NCBI GenBank assembly: GCA_011772965.1
Contig: WVYN01000014.1
Coordinates: forward strand, 161,002-225,001
Direction: 5' to 3'
DNA: 64,000 bases
From: Gammaproteobacteria bacterium
GTDB taxonomy: Bacteria; Pseudomonadota; Gammaproteobacteria; Eutrophobiales; Eutrophobiaceae
This document shows, piece after piece, positions 10,543-21,492 of this stretch. The stretch's first letter is position 1. Each line of letters opens with the position of its first letter. The position numbers and the translations under genes were made by a program. The notes beneath the pieces are model-generated. The model ran no database searches and was not told where the DNA came from. It was given only the letters and a program-made list of their open reading frames with translations.

Positions 10543-11541
10543 ATGCTCAACCCCAGACTAGAAACAGAAATAGCCAGGCCGCCCGCCTGTATACCTGTAT
10601 CACCCGCAAAAGTGGTTCCGGATATCATTGATGATGCAAGAGAAGGCCTGTTGTTCCCGCCACGGAGCCTGCCACCAAAGTATTTCTATGACGAAAAAGG
10701 TTCTCAATTATTCACCAAGATCTGTGAAACGGATGAATATTATCCCACTCGCACGGAGGACGGGCTGCTGGCAAGAAATGCCGGGAATATTATTGCCATT
10801 TCCAGGCCGGCTCAAATAATCGAGCTGGGAAGTGGCAATTCCGGGAAAACCCGGCGCCTGTTTAACGCCTGTGAACAGATTGATCATACCTGCAGTTATG
10901 CTCCTTTCGATGTCTGCGCCCCGATGCTGGAAGACACTGCAGGACAATTACAAACCGAATATGAATGGCTCAAGGTGACACCATTGCTGGGCGACTACCA
11001 CGCTGGACTGGATCACCTGCCAGGATTCAATGAGAGGCGACTTTTTGTTTTTCTCGGTAGTACCATCGGAAATTTTAAACCGGCCGAAGCCAGGGCATTC
11101 ATTCGTGAAATTACAGATGCCATGGCTCCAGGTGATTACCTGCTGCTCGGTATAGACAGAGTCAAGGACGTGCAGGTATTGAATGACGCCTACAATGATA
11201 GCGGTGGAATGACGGCAGCATTTAACCTGAATCTACTAAACGTACTGAACAGAGAGCTGGATGCTGATTTTGATCTGAGCCATTTCAATCACCATGCAAG
11301 TTATCAATCCAGACATTCACGCGTAGAGATGAAACTTGTGTGTGATACGTTACATGAAATACAACTCAAGAAAATTGATGAGGTGATTGAATTGTACCCC
11401 GGTGATGAAATCCTCACGGAACTGAGTCACAAATTTACCTACGGGCAAGCAGAAGAATTACTGTCTGATTGCGGGCTGGATATTGTCTCACATTACGAAC
11501 CGGAAAATCGTTACTTTTCAGTCATTCTGGCAAGGTTCTGA
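10543..11541 (+). CDS. egtD: L-histidine N-alpha-methyltransferase EgtD
   Basis: LPPKYFYDEKGS.LF..IC...EYYPTRTE, ELGSG, FLGSTIGNF, AYND..G.TAAFN.N.L, TELSHKF. Confidence 0.93.
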   Translation: MLNPRLETEIARPPACIPVSPAKVVPDIIDDAREGLLFPPRSLPPKYFYDEKGSQLFTKICETDEYYPTRTEDGLLARNAGNIIAISRPAQIIELGSGNSGKTRRLFNACEQIDHTCSYAPFDVCAPMLEDTAGQLQTEYEWLKVTPLLGDYHAGLDHLPGFNERRLFVFLGSTIGNFKPAEARAFIREITDAMAPGDYLLLGIDRVKDVQVLNDAYNDSGGMTAAFNLNLLNVLNRELDADFDLSHFNHHASYQSRHSRVEMKLVCDTLHEIQLKKIDEVIELYPGDEILTELSHKFTYGQAEELLSDCGLDIVSHYEPENRYFSVILARF

Positions 11542-11566
11542 AACAGCCAGCAGCCAGGGATAGAAC

Positions 11567-11974
11567 ATGACGAAAATTAGTAAAAGTGATCAGGAATGGA
11601 AACAAAATCTGACTGAGGAGCAATACAAAATTGCCCGAAAGAAAGGGACCGAGCGGCCTTTTACTGGTAAATATTATACTTGCTCCAAAAAAGGTACCTA
11701 TCTTTGCAGTTGCTGTGGAAATCCCTTATTCAGTTCTGACACCAAATACGATTCTGGCAGCGGCTGGCCGAGTTTTTATGAGCCCATGTCAATACAATCT
11801 ATTGATACCCGGTTTGATGGCAGTTTCGGTATGCGTCGGGTTGAGGTGACATGCAAAAAATGTGACGCACATCTCGGTCACGTTTTTGAAGATGGCCCGG
11901 ACCCAACCGGATTAAGGTATTGCATCAATTCGATATCACTGAACCTGAAGGAAGATAACGGGAAAACCAATTGA
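11567..11974 (+). CDS. msrB: Peptide-methionine (R)-S-oxide reductase MsrB (cytoplasmic)
   Basis: GTERPFTG, two CxxC Zn motifs, SGSGWPSF, HLGHVFEDGP.PTGLRYCINS. Confidence 0.96.
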   Translation: MTKISKSDQEWKQNLTEEQYKIARKKGTERPFTGKYYTCSKKGTYLCSCCGNPLFSSDTKYDSGSGWPSFYEPMSIQSIDTRFDGSFGMRRVEVTCKKCDAHLGHVFEDGPDPTGLRYCINSISLNLKEDNGKTN

Positions 11975-12005
11975 GGATGGATATCCTGTCAGCTATGATT
12001 AGCTG

Positions 12006-12908
12006 GTGAGTAAAATTACCGATTCTGAGTGGATATTCGGGGCCATCTTCCTTCTGGCCTTTGGTTTCTTTGCGTATATTGATTTCTACCTTGCAAACGA
12101 AATCACAACATCCATATCCTATGTTTCCTTGTTAGGGTTTGGTCTGCTGGCACACTCAAAAAGATTAACACTGATCATTGGTTTGACCGGTATCCTGGCA
12201 ACAATGGCTGGAATGTATTTCATTCCTTCTGAGCTGGTGGATACTACCAACCGTCAGCTGGTCATTATTGCTATTTTCACCATTACCATCACCAGTCACA
12301 TCTTCATGGAAAGGCAACAGGCCTTTGAACATAGCCTGTTCAAGATTGCCAGTACCGATTCATTGACCGGTATCGCCAATCGGAGAAGTTTGATCAACGA
12401 TATCGAACAACGATTGTCAGAGTCTCTGAGATATAAAAAAGATCTGTCATTATTATTGTTCGATCTGGACAACTTCAAAACCATCAATGACAAGTTTGGC
12501 CATCTTGCAGGTGATGAAATCCTCAAGAAAATTACGGAAATTTGTCAAAAGTGGCTTCGTACCACGGATGTGATCGGTCGTTTTGGCGGGGAAGAATTCA
12601 TGGTTATATGTCCCAATACTCCGCTCAGCGGCGCATTGACACTGGCAGACAGAATCAGGGTGGCTGTGCAAAATGCAGCTTTTCGCTTTGAAAATGACAT
12701 CATTAAGATCACTGTTAGTATCGGGGTGACTGAGCTCAGAACCCACCTAAATAAAGGTTCACAATCCTCTATCAAGATGCAGTTATCCCACCACCTGATT
12801 GATGCAGCAGATACTGCACTCTATAACGCCAAGTCGGCAGGTAAAAATTGTGTCGTTGCCTTTGATCCTGACCATGACAAGGTTACTGAAGAAACAGTGA
12901 CTGTCTGA
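12006..12908 (+). CDS. Membrane-anchored diguanylate cyclase
   Basis: N-terminal TM helices; D.LTGIANRR, DLDNFK.IND.FGHLAGD, RTTD I-site and GGEEF active site. Confidence 0.93.
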   Translation: MSKITDSEWIFGAIFLLAFGFFAYIDFYLANEITTSISYVSLLGFGLLAHSKRLTLIIGLTGILATMAGMYFIPSELVDTTNRQLVIIAIFTITITSHIFMERQQAFEHSLFKIASTDSLTGIANRRSLINDIEQRLSESLRYKKDLSLLLFDLDNFKTINDKFGHLAGDEILKKITEICQKWLRTTDVIGRFGGEEFMVICPNTPLSGALTLADRIRVAVQNAAFRFENDIIKITVSIGVTELRTHLNKGSQSSIKMQLSHHLIDAADTALYNAKSAGKNCVVAFDPDHDKVTEETVTV

Positions 12909-12913
12909 GCCTC

Positions 12914-13492
12914 TTAACTGTTTATAAAATCAAGTAATGCCTTGTCTGCAAGCAGGTTTCCCAGTGCAATTGCCATTGCTTCATTAACCAGTTCTTCATT
13001 TTTCTCCATTGAAGGTGTCTTTACAATATCCTTTGTGCGCGATACTTGGTACTTACGCCTGAACTGCTGGTTATTCTTCTGGCAGATCCCCTGAAGTTCG
13101 ATATCAATCTTTATCTGGTTAAGAACATTATCTTTTATAACCATGTATTGAATCTTTATTGTGTTGACTGTCAAATAGATATCAGCCTCGCCACTCCCCA
13201 TAACACTGAAGCCCATGCGCACAAATGCATCTGATAATTTTCTTCGCAAGGTAGCTGTCATGTCGTCATCAGTACGGATATGGGAGGTATCTTTGTAGAT
13301 CCCTCCCCTTTGTCCGATGATATTCGTGCTTCTTGGATCACTGACATCTATACTCATACGAAGCGAAGTTTCGGTCATGGTTGAGCTCTCCATGGACAGC
13401 TCGGGGTTCACGACAACTATTTGTGGACTCAGGGCACAGGCACTTAATACCAGTAATGCGGATGTTAGTAACAGTAATTGTCTTGTCTTCAT
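12914..13492 (-). CDS. YajG family lipoprotein
   Basis: Lipobox LSAC after hydrophobic stretch; ALSPQ and DPR...IGQRGGIY; start MKTRQ chosen from GGAG RBS. Confidence 0.75.
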   Translation of the reverse strand: MKTRQLLLLTSALLVLSACALSPQIVVVNPELSMESSTMTETSLRMSIDVSDPRSTNIIGQRGGIYKDTSHIRTDDDMTATLRRKLSDAFVRMGFSVMGSGEADIYLTVNTIKIQYMVIKDNVLNQIKIDIELQGICQKNNQQFRRKYQVSRTKDIVKTPSMEKNEELVNEAMAIALGNLLADKALLDFINS

Positions 13493-13527
13493 AATCTCTC
13501 CGTTCAAAAAATTGATGTCATATAAAC

Positions 13528-14925
13528 CTAATCATTCATTAATGGTTCAAACCAGGCGAGTTTTTCATGGAGTTTGACCACCTCGCCGATAATGATCATG
13601 CTCGGGGGTTTAATATCGTGTTTTTCCGGTATGGTCGACAGATTTTTCAGGGTACTTATATACTCGCGTTGCTGCCTGGTCGTAGCCTGCTGGATTATAG
13701 CGGCAGGGGTTTCTGGTGACATGCCCCGGGCAATCAATTCCGTGGACAATATATCGATACCGTGGGTTCCCATGTATACCGCGATAGTTTGCCTAGGTTG
13801 CACCAGGGCATCCCAGTTCAGATCCATGTTGCCATCTTTCAGGTGTCCCGTTACGAAAATGCAGGAATGGGCATAGTCACGATGAGTCAGGGGTATACCG
13901 GCGTAGGATGCACAACCGGCAGCAGCAGTAATTCCCGGGACGACCTGGAAAGGAATTCCCTCAGCTGACAGGTTCTCGATTTCTTCTCCTCCCCGTCCAA
14001 AGATGAAGGGATCACCCCCCTTGAGCCGCAGTACGCGTTTGCCCTCGCGGGCCAACCTGACCAACAAATCATTGATGTCACCCTGGGGCAAGGCGTGCTG
14101 ATCACGTTGTTTTCCTACATAAATTCGCTCGGCATCCTTGCGCACCAGATCAAGGATCTGAGGAGCAACGAGTCGATCATAAAGCACCACGTCTGCCTGT
14201 TGCATCAGCCTCAAGGCCCGGAAGGTAAGTAGATCCGGATCACCTGGACCGCCGCCGACGAGGTATACTTCTCCGACAGTACTGGCCGTTCCGGAATCAT
14301 CATTCAGTTGCTGTTCAATCGCCTTCAATGCCAGTTTGTCACGACCGGCAAACAACATTTCGGCGATCGGCCCGTGCAGAATCTTTTCCCAGAAACGCCG
14401 GCGTTCACGCTGATCGGGATAGCGTTGCCTAACCCGTTGTCTGGAACTGGCCATCAATTCGGCAAGATGTCCAAAAGTTGCCGGTATCAGGGTTTCAAGT
14501 CGGGCCCGCAAGAGCCGGGCAAGAACCGGCGACGCACCACCTGTAGAAACTGCGATCTGCACCGGTGCACGGTCAATGATGGAAGGCATGATAAAAGTAC
14601 ACAGAGCCGGGTCATCCACCACATTAACCGGCACTTTCCGTTTGTTACACAGTTCAGATATCGAGCGGTTGATGGAGCGGTCGTTGGTTGCAGCAATCAC
14701 CAGAACCATGCCCTGCAAATAGTTCTCGGTAAACCGGGTATTAATATGTAGCAACTTCTTGTCTTCAGCGAGCTCATTGAGTGAACTGGTTAACTCAGGA
14801 GACACAACCGTGACCTTTGCCCCGGCCTTGAGTAATTGCATGACTTTTCGATCGGCGATTTCACCACCTCCCACAACCAGACACGGCTCTTTATCAAGCT
14901 TGAGAAAAATAGGAAAAAGATTCAT
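13528..14925 (-). CDS. cysG: Siroheme synthase CysG
   Basis: LVVGGGEIA.RK, NVVD.P.LC.FI.P, GGGPGDPDLLT, RLKGGDPFIFGRGGEE, VVPGITAA. Confidence 0.97.
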   Translation of the reverse strand: MNLFPIFLKLDKEPCLVVGGGEIADRKVMQLLKAGAKVTVVSPELTSSLNELAEDKKLLHINTRFTENYLQGMVLVIAATNDRSINRSISELCNKRKVPVNVVDDPALCTFIMPSIIDRAPVQIAVSTGGASPVLARLLRARLETLIPATFGHLAELMASSRQRVRQRYPDQRERRRFWEKILHGPIAEMLFAGRDKLALKAIEQQLNDDSGTASTVGEVYLVGGGPGDPDLLTFRALRLMQQADVVLYDRLVAPQILDLVRKDAERIYVGKQRDQHALPQGDINDLLVRLAREGKRVLRLKGGDPFIFGRGGEEIENLSAEGIPFQVVPGITAAAGCASYAGIPLTHRDYAHSCIFVTGHLKDGNMDLNWDALVQPRQTIAVYMGTHGIDILSTELIARGMSPETPAAIIQQATTRQQREYISTLKNLSTIPEKHDIKPPSMIIIGEVVKLHEKLAWFEPLMND

Positions 14926-14995
14926 TGCCTGAAGGTTATGAATATAAAGAGAGAGTCAATGCAGTAACCAACAAATTGAATAACTGCAATGGTTG

Positions 14996-15562
14996 TCATG
15001 TTTTGGGCAAAGTAACCCCGGTTTGACCCTGATACTTGCCACCCCGGTCCTTGTAAGAGACCTTACAAACCTCATCCGACTCTAAGAAGATCATTTGGGC
15101 GATACCTTCATTAGCATAGATCTTTGCAGGAAGTGGTGTTGTATTTGAAAACTCAAGAGTAACATGTCCTTCCCACTCGGGTTCAAGCGGTGTGACATTT
15201 ACAATGATACCGCAACGCGCATAGGTAGACTTACCAAGACATATTGTTAACACATTGCGCGGGATTCGAAAATATTCCACCGTGCGTGCGAGAGCGAATG
15301 AGTTTGGCGGGATAATACAGATATCACCTTTGAAATTAACAAACGATTTTTCATCAAAGGCCTTGGGATCGACTACGCTGCTGTTTATGTTGGTGAAAAT
15401 CTTGAATTCATCCGCACAACGAACATCATAACCATAACTGGATGTACCATAGGATATTAGCCTGTCAGATCCGTTATGCTTTACCTGCTCTGCTGAAAAA
15501 GGTTCAATCAGGCCACTCTCTTCCGCCATCCGCCGGATCCACTTGTCGGATTTTATACTCAT
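14996..15562 (-). CDS. dcd: dCTP deaminase
   Basis: [37 protein letters not shown]. Confidence 0.97.
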   Translation of the reverse strand: MSIKSDKWIRRMAEESGLIEPFSAEQVKHNGSDRLISYGTSSYGYDVRCADEFKIFTNINSSVVDPKAFDEKSFVNFKGDICIIPPNSFALARTVEYFRIPRNVLTICLGKSTYARCGIIVNVTPLEPEWEGHVTLEFSNTTPLPAKIYANEGIAQMIFLESDEVCKVSYKDRGGKYQGQTGVTLPKT

Positions 15563-15576
15563 TGCTGGCTTGCCGG

Positions 15577-16665
15577 TTAATTTTTGTCTACGACGATCTT
15601 GGGGAAAACATGGCTGTAGTCTTTGGCCTGTAGGGCAAGTTTGGCAGCAGCCTTGCGGGCAATTTCCCGGTACGTCAGGGAAATGACTGAGTCAGGTGCC
15701 AAGGCAACAGTTGGCTTGCCACTGTCCACGCCTTCCCTGATAGAAATGTCCAGTGGCAGACTGCCAAGCAGATCAACACCATACTGTGCAGCCATTTGTT
15801 CTCCGCCGCCGGCACCAAAGATATGTTCTTCATGACCACATTGGCTACAAATATGCGTGCTCATGTTTTCCACGATCCCGAGTACAGAGACTTCCACCTT
15901 CTCAAACATCTTCAGGGCCTTCTTGGCATCCAGCAGGGCAATGTCTTGTGGTGTCGTTACAATGATTGCACCACTGACCGGGATCTTCTGGCACAGGGTC
16001 AACTGGATGTCACCCGTACCCGGTGGCAGGTCGATCACCAGGTAATCCAGGTCGACCCAGTTGGTATCATTCAGCAGTTGTTCAAGTGCCGAAGTAACCA
16101 TGGGTCCACGCCAGATCATGGGCGTGTCCTCTTCAATCAAATAGCCTATGGACATACTCTGCAGTCCGTAACTGATATTCGGCTCCACGGTCTTGCCGTC
16201 CTTGGTATCCGGTTTACCATGACAACCAAGCATTCGCGGCTGGCTGGGACCATAAATATCGGCATCCAGTATCCCCACCTTTGCACCCTCGGCCTGCAAG
16301 GCCAGTGCAAGATTTACAGCGGTCGTGGACTTGCCGACGCCACCCTTGCCGGAGGCAACGGCAATCGTGTTCTTGATGTTGGGCAGCACCTGCACACCCT
16401 TCTGTACGGAATGGGCAATGATGTGGCTGGAAATTGAGATTCTGGCGCCACTGATATCAAAATCTTCCTGCAATTTTGAGTTGATAATCTCTTTGAATTT
16501 CTCGTGGTAACCCTTCGCCGGGTAACCAAGCTCTATGCTTATTTCCGGTGTCCCATCATGTTTGACTGACTTGATGGCATGGGAGCTGGCGAGGTCCTCC
16601 CCCGTGTAGAGATCCACGATCTGCCCCAGGCTGGACTCAATGATATCGGGGGTTAATTCAGACAT
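15577..16665 (-). CDS. apbC: Iron-sulfur cluster carrier ApbC/Mrp
   Basis: [42 protein letters not shown]; start MSELT chosen. Confidence 0.95.
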   Translation of the reverse strand: MSELTPDIIESSLGQIVDLYTGEDLASSHAIKSVKHDGTPEISIELGYPAKGYHEKFKEIINSKLQEDFDISGARISISSHIIAHSVQKGVQVLPNIKNTIAVASGKGGVGKSTTAVNLALALQAEGAKVGILDADIYGPSQPRMLGCHGKPDTKDGKTVEPNISYGLQSMSIGYLIEEDTPMIWRGPMVTSALEQLLNDTNWVDLDYLVIDLPPGTGDIQLTLCQKIPVSGAIIVTTPQDIALLDAKKALKMFEKVEVSVLGIVENMSTHICSQCGHEEHIFGAGGGEQMAAQYGVDLLGSLPLDISIREGVDSGKPTVALAPDSVISLTYREIARKAAAKLALQAKDYSHVFPKIVVDKN

Positions 16666-16839
16666 AGTCTGGAGTTTGCTCCGGCTTTGATAATCCAGGC
16701 ATCTTAACATAAGGCAGGCTTCTGTCAGAGCCCCGCTTACGGCCGTTTTCCAGTGTCAGGTTGCCGGTACCGACAAAATTTTGTTCTGGCGATACCTGAC
16801 GTGTTAACTTATTGCGCTTTTCAGAGCCTGAATAAGTCT

Positions 16840-18879
16840 ATGCCCGAGCAACCACGAAAGATGCTGGTAACCAGCGCCCTGCCCTATGCCAATGGCCCTA
16901 TCCATATTGGCCACCTGGTTGAGTATATCCAGACGGATATCTGGGTTCGCTTCCAGAAAATGCGCGGGCATGAATGCTACTATGTCTGTGCCGACGATGC
17001 CCACGGAACACCAATCATGCTGCGTGCCCAGCAGGAAGGGATCTCGCCCGAGACCCTGATTGCCAGGGTCAAAAAGGAACACGAGGAGGACTTTGCCCGT
17101 TTCGCTGTTGCCTTCGACAATTACCACACCACGCATTCCGATGAAAACCGTGAATTATCGGAACTTATTTATGAGCGATTATTGGCAGGGGGTCATATCT
17201 CAAGGCGAATAATAAAGCAGGCCTATGACCCGGCCAAAAATATATTTTTGCCTGACCGCTTCATTCGTGGTGCATGTCCGAAGTGTGGTGCCGCTGACCA
17301 GTATGGCGACAGTTGTGAGGTTTGCGGCGCAACCTATTCACCAACAGAACTCAAAAACCCGGTTTCTGCAATCTCCGGTGTCACACCTGTAGAAAAGGAG
17401 TCAGAACATTACTTTTTTAAACTGGCAGATTTCGAATCCAGTCTGAAGGATTGGACCCGGGGGGGACATTTACAGGAGGAAGTCAGTAATAAACTGGATG
17501 AATGGTTTGATACCGGCCTGCAGGAGTGGGACATCTCGCGGGATGAACCCTATTTTGGCTTTCGGATTCCGGGTACTAAAGACAAGTATTTTTATGTCTG
17601 GCTGGATGCCCCAATCGGCTACCTGGCGAGTTTTAAAAACCTGTGTGATCGCAGCAGTCTCAAGTTTGATGAGTTTTTCCTGAAGGAAAGCTCTACCGAG
17701 CTCTATCACTTTATAGGTAAGGACATCATTTATTTCCATGCCTTGTTCTGGCCGGCCATGCTGGAGGGCAGTAAGCTCAGAACACCCACAGCGATTTTTG
17801 CGCATGGCTTTTTGACCATACACGGCCAGAAAATGTCCAAGTCTCGTGGTACCTTTATTATGGCGAAGACCTATCTGGACCACCTGGATCCACAATACCT
17901 GCGTTACTACTTTGCTGCGAAGCTGGGCAGCGGAATCGATGATATCGATCTGAGCTTTGATGATTTCAGTTTCCGGGTAAATTCTGATCTGGTTGGCAAG
18001 GTGGTCAATATTGCCAGTCGCTGTGCCGGTTTTATTAACAAGCGATTTGAGGGCAAACTTTCAGTCGAGAATCATAATCCGGAATTGCTTGAAAGCTTTA
18101 TTGGCGCCGGTGAAAAAATTGCGATGCTATATAAGTCTCGTGAATACGCAAGGGCAATGCGAGAAATTATGGCCCTTGCCGACAAGGCTAATCAGTACAT
18201 TGATGAACACAAACCCTGGGTCATAGCCAAAGACCCGGCACGTGAAGCGGAACTGCAGTCAATTTGCAGTATGGGGATAAACTTATTCAGATACCTGCTG
18301 CTCTTTCTGAAGCCAGTACTTCCGGTAATGGCGGAACAAGGTGAGGCATTTCTTGGCATCAAGCCATTAAAATGGAAGGATATTGACTATCCGTTGTATG
18401 ATCACACCATTAACCCTTTCAAACCGCTGATGCAGCGTGTGGACAAGGAGAAAATACAAGCCATGATTGATTCAAGCAAAGATGACCTGTTAAAGAACTC
18501 CGCTGACAAAGCCAATTCTGACTCCGGTTCTTTGGTCAAAAACGCGATTGCAGATGAAATTACAATTGATGATTTTGCAAAGATTGATTTACGGGTAGCA
18601 AAGATCACCAGGGCAGAATACGTTGAAGGGGCCGACAAACTCCTCCGCTTGACCCTGGATATCGGTGAAGAAACCCGTAATGTCTTTGCCGGAATAAGGT
18701 CAGCCTACCAACCTGAAGACCTGGAAGGTAAACTGACAGTTATGGTTGTCAATCTTGCACCACGAAAAATGCGCTTTGGTATATCCGAGGGCATGGTGCT
18801 GGCTGCAGGGCCCGGTGGAGAGGATCTGTATATTCTCAGCCCGGATTCAGGCGCAATTCCCGGGATGAAAGTAAAATGA
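16840..18879 (+). CDS. metG: Methionine--tRNA ligase
   Basis: [13 protein letters not shown], zinc knuckle CPKC/CEVC, KMSKS, C-terminal tRNA-binding domain. Confidence 0.98.
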   Translation: MPEQPRKMLVTSALPYANGPIHIGHLVEYIQTDIWVRFQKMRGHECYYVCADDAHGTPIMLRAQQEGISPETLIARVKKEHEEDFARFAVAFDNYHTTHSDENRELSELIYERLLAGGHISRRIIKQAYDPAKNIFLPDRFIRGACPKCGAADQYGDSCEVCGATYSPTELKNPVSAISGVTPVEKESEHYFFKLADFESSLKDWTRGGHLQEEVSNKLDEWFDTGLQEWDISRDEPYFGFRIPGTKDKYFYVWLDAPIGYLASFKNLCDRSSLKFDEFFLKESSTELYHFIGKDIIYFHALFWPAMLEGSKLRTPTAIFAHGFLTIHGQKMSKSRGTFIMAKTYLDHLDPQYLRYYFAAKLGSGIDDIDLSFDDFSFRVNSDLVGKVVNIASRCAGFINKRFEGKLSVENHNPELLESFIGAGEKIAMLYKSREYARAMREIMALADKANQYIDEHKPWVIAKDPAREAELQSICSMGINLFRYLLLFLKPVLPVMAEQGEAFLGIKPLKWKDIDYPLYDHTINPFKPLMQRVDKEKIQAMIDSSKDDLLKNSADKANSDSGSLVKNAIADEITIDDFAKIDLRVAKITRAEYVEGADKLLRLTLDIGEETRNVFAGIRSAYQPEDLEGKLTVMVVNLAPRKMRFGISEGMVLAAGPGGEDLYILSPDSGAIPGMKVK

Positions 18880-18888
18880 CCGGGCCAA

Positions 18889-19464
18889 ATGTCTGACTTT
18901 CTACTTATTCTATTCAGCACGGTATTCGCCAATAACATAATTATTCAGCATCTTGTCGGTGCTGATCCCGCATTGGCAATGCAACGCAGGGAACAGGTTG
19001 CTATTGATGTCTCGTTAGTCATGGTTTTATTGCTGCCTCTCGTCACATTGTCCGCTTACCTGCTTCACTCCCTGGTTATTCTGCCATTACAGCTTGATCA
19101 TTTATGGCTGTTGATCCTTGTCATGTTGATACTCTGCCTCGCCATGCTGCTGAAAATTGTTATTAGGCATGTTTCCAAAAGCTTGTCAGACAGGATAAAT
19201 GACCTGTTGCCTTATGCGGGGATCAATACCACTGTGCTGGGCACCGTACTTTTATTTCTACCAAGCAAGACGGGTATTATCCATGCCTTTGCCTATGGGT
19301 TGGGTACTGCATTTGGTTTCGGGCTGGTGCTGCTTCTCCTTACAGCTGTCAGTGAGAGGCTGGAAGGTGCAGAGGCCCCTGCGCCATTCAGGGGAATGCC
19401 ACTGCATTTGATCTCACTGGCGATTGTTGCTATGGCCTTTCAGGGTTTTGCCGGGATGTTCTAG
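18889..19464 (+). CDS. rnfA: Rnf/Rsx complex subunit A, divergent (both conserved Cys replaced)
   Basis: NN..., ERL..A..PAPFRG, AF.GFAG and position after metG; G-L-C-P is GADP and TTNCAVLG is GINTTVLG. Confidence 0.85.
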   Translation: MSDFLLILFSTVFANNIIIQHLVGADPALAMQRREQVAIDVSLVMVLLLPLVTLSAYLLHSLVILPLQLDHLWLLILVMLILCLAMLLKIVIRHVSKSLSDRINDLLPYAGINTTVLGTVLLFLPSKTGIIHAFAYGLGTAFGFGLVLLLLTAVSERLEGAEAPAPFRGMPLHLISLAIVAMAFQGFAGMF

Positions 19465-19465
19465 A

Positions 19466-19972
19466 ATGATGACCGGCCTGTTAATTATCCTGATGTTATC
19501 AATATCTCTCGCGATCCTGGCTGAGAATTCAAGGATAGGCAGTGAAATATTATCTTTAGAAAAAACAGACCGAATAAATATACTTCTTCCACAAACACAA
19601 TGTGGACAATGCGGATTTGATGGATGCGAACCCTATGCTACTGCAATAGCTGAAGGTATTACCGCCATTAATCAATGCCCCCCAGGCGGTAACATTACAA
19701 GTAGAGAATTATCCCGGTTAACTGGTAGTGAATACCAGGCACTTAATCCAGCTCGGCAAAGTGAACCTTTAGCAAAAACTGCACTGATTGATGAAGAGCT
19801 CTGTATTGGTTGTGTCAAGTGTATCAGTGCTTGCCCAGTTGACGCGATCGTTGGCGCGCCTAAACAGATGCATACTGTTATACCGGAGCTATGTACCGGG
19901 TGTGAATTATGTATAGCGCCTTGTCCGGTAGACTGTATCGAAATGGAGCCAAAATCCCGGATTCAGATATGA
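19466..19972 (+). CDS. rnfB: Rnf/Rsx complex subunit B
   Basis: LLPQTQCGQCG..GC.PYA, CPPGG, CIGCVKCISACPVDAI, CTGCELCIAPCPVDCI. Confidence 0.92.
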   Translation: MMTGLLIILMLSISLAILAENSRIGSEILSLEKTDRINILLPQTQCGQCGFDGCEPYATAIAEGITAINQCPPGGNITSRELSRLTGSEYQALNPARQSEPLAKTALIDEELCIGCVKCISACPVDAIVGAPKQMHTVIPELCTGCELCIAPCPVDCIEMEPKSRIQI

Positions 19973-21492
19973 GCTCTACCGATATACATTCATTTCATGG
20001 TGGCCTGAAACTCGAAACATACAAATCCCTGTCCAACAATTTATCATCATTAATTTCTCCACTGCCTGATAAAATCATACTTCCACTGAAACAACATATC
20101 GGGCATCCGGCTAATCCACTGGTAAAAATCGGAGAGCAGGTATACAAGGGACAAATTATTGCTGAGCCGGATGGATACGTCAGCCTGCCTGTACATGCAA
20201 CTACATCGGGTAAAATAAGGGACATTGGTCTTTATAGCGTACCGGATCCCCTCGGTATCAAGGCACCCTGTATTGTTATAGAACCGGATGGAATGGACAC
20301 CTGGATAGATATCCGTGGTGTGGATAACTATCTGGAAATGGATCCGGTCACATTGCAAAACAGGTTCAGGGATGCCGGTATTTCGGGCCTGGGGGGAGCG
20401 GGATTCCCTGCACATGTTAAATTGAAAGAAGGTACACAAACCGAGGTTGAATTATTAATAATCAACGCCGTTGAATGTGAACCTTATATTACCTGTGATG
20501 ACAGATTAATCCGGGAAAAACCAGATTATATCGTTGCCGGTACAAGAATGATACTTCATGCCGTACAGGCCAGAAAATGCATCATTGCTATAGAAGAAGA
20601 CATGCCGGATGCTGTTAATGCCCTATTACCATTACTTGATGATGATATTGAACTGGTAAAAGTACCGACTATTTATCCGCAAGGCAGCGAAAAACAACTC
20701 ATCAAGACATTGACTGGAAAGGCGGTACCAAGTGGTGGACTGCCGATACATATGGGTATTGTGATGCATAACGTCGGCACAGCAGCTGCAGCCTACCGGG
20801 CCGTATCACGTGGAGAACCTCTGGTATCAAGGTACATAACTGTAACCGGCTGCATACCCTCTCCGCGCAATCTCCAGGTGCTTATTGGCACTCCCGTCAG
20901 GCATTGTGCCGAGCAATGCGGATACAGTGAAAAATCCGGTAACAGTATCATACTCGGTGGACCCATGATGGGTACCCTCGTGCAGAACATGCATGTACCA
21001 GTCATCAAAACGACACATTGCATATTGATAAGAAATAAACTCAATCAGGGAACCGAAATGCCATGTATCCGTTGTGGAAATTGCGCTGAGGTTTGTCCGG
21101 TTGAATTACTACCACAACAACTTTACTGGTTCTCACGCTCCAGCGACCACAATAAATTAAAACAACATCATCTCTTTGAATGCATAGAATGTGGCTGTTG
21201 CTCCTATGTCTGTCCCAGTAATATCCCACTCGTGCATTATTACAGACTGGCCAAGAATGAAATCAACCAGCGTGACTTATCTATAACTAAGGCATCAGAG
21301 TCAAGATATCGTTATCTGAAACATCAGGAACGATTGAAACATGAAAAAAAGAAAAAAAAATTAAGCGTGGAACAACTTTCCATTTCTGGAAAACCTAATG
21401 AAAAAAAAGCATATATACATGAGGCGGTAAGACGGGGCCGAGCAAAAAGGGTAAAAAAACAACAGGTAAGAAAAGATCAGAAAGATGAGTGA
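19969..21492 (+). CDS. rnfC: Rnf/Rsx complex subunit C
   Basis: FHGG, GLGGAGFP.HVK, IINAVECEPYITCDD, YPQGSEKQL, GGPMMG, CIRCGNC..VCP, CIECGCCSYVCPS. Confidence 0.96.
   Translation: MSSTDIHSFHGGLKLETYKSLSNNLSSLISPLPDKIILPLKQHIGHPANPLVKIGEQVYKGQIIAEPDGYVSLPVHATTSGKIRDIGLYSVPDPLGIKAPCIVIEPDGMDTWIDIRGVDNYLEMDPVTLQNRFRDAGISGLGGAGFPAHVKLKEGTQTEVELLIINAVECEPYITCDDRLIREKPDYIVAGTRMILHAVQARKCIIAIEEDMPDAVNALLPLLDDDIELVKVPTIYPQGSEKQLIKTLTGKAVPSGGLPIHMGIVMHNVGTAAAAYRAVSRGEPLVSRYITVTGCIPSPRNLQVLIGTPVRHCAEQCGYSEKSGNSIILGGPMMGTLVQNMHVPVIKTTHCILIRNKLNQGTEMPCIRCGNCAEVCPVELLPQQLYWFSRSSDHNKLKQHHLFECIECGCCSYVCPSNIPLVHYYRLAKNEINQRDLSITKASESRYRYLKHQERLKHEKKKKKLSVEQLSISGKPNEKKAYIHEAVRRGRAKRVKKQQVRKDQKDE

Noticed and set aside
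10543..11541. egtD without egtB as a novel pathway
   Set aside because: egtB is often encoded elsewhere; cannot be judged from one window
21340..21480. A-rich runs at the end of rnfC as slippage sites
   Set aside because: Frame is intact and encodes the usual Lys-rich RnfC tail
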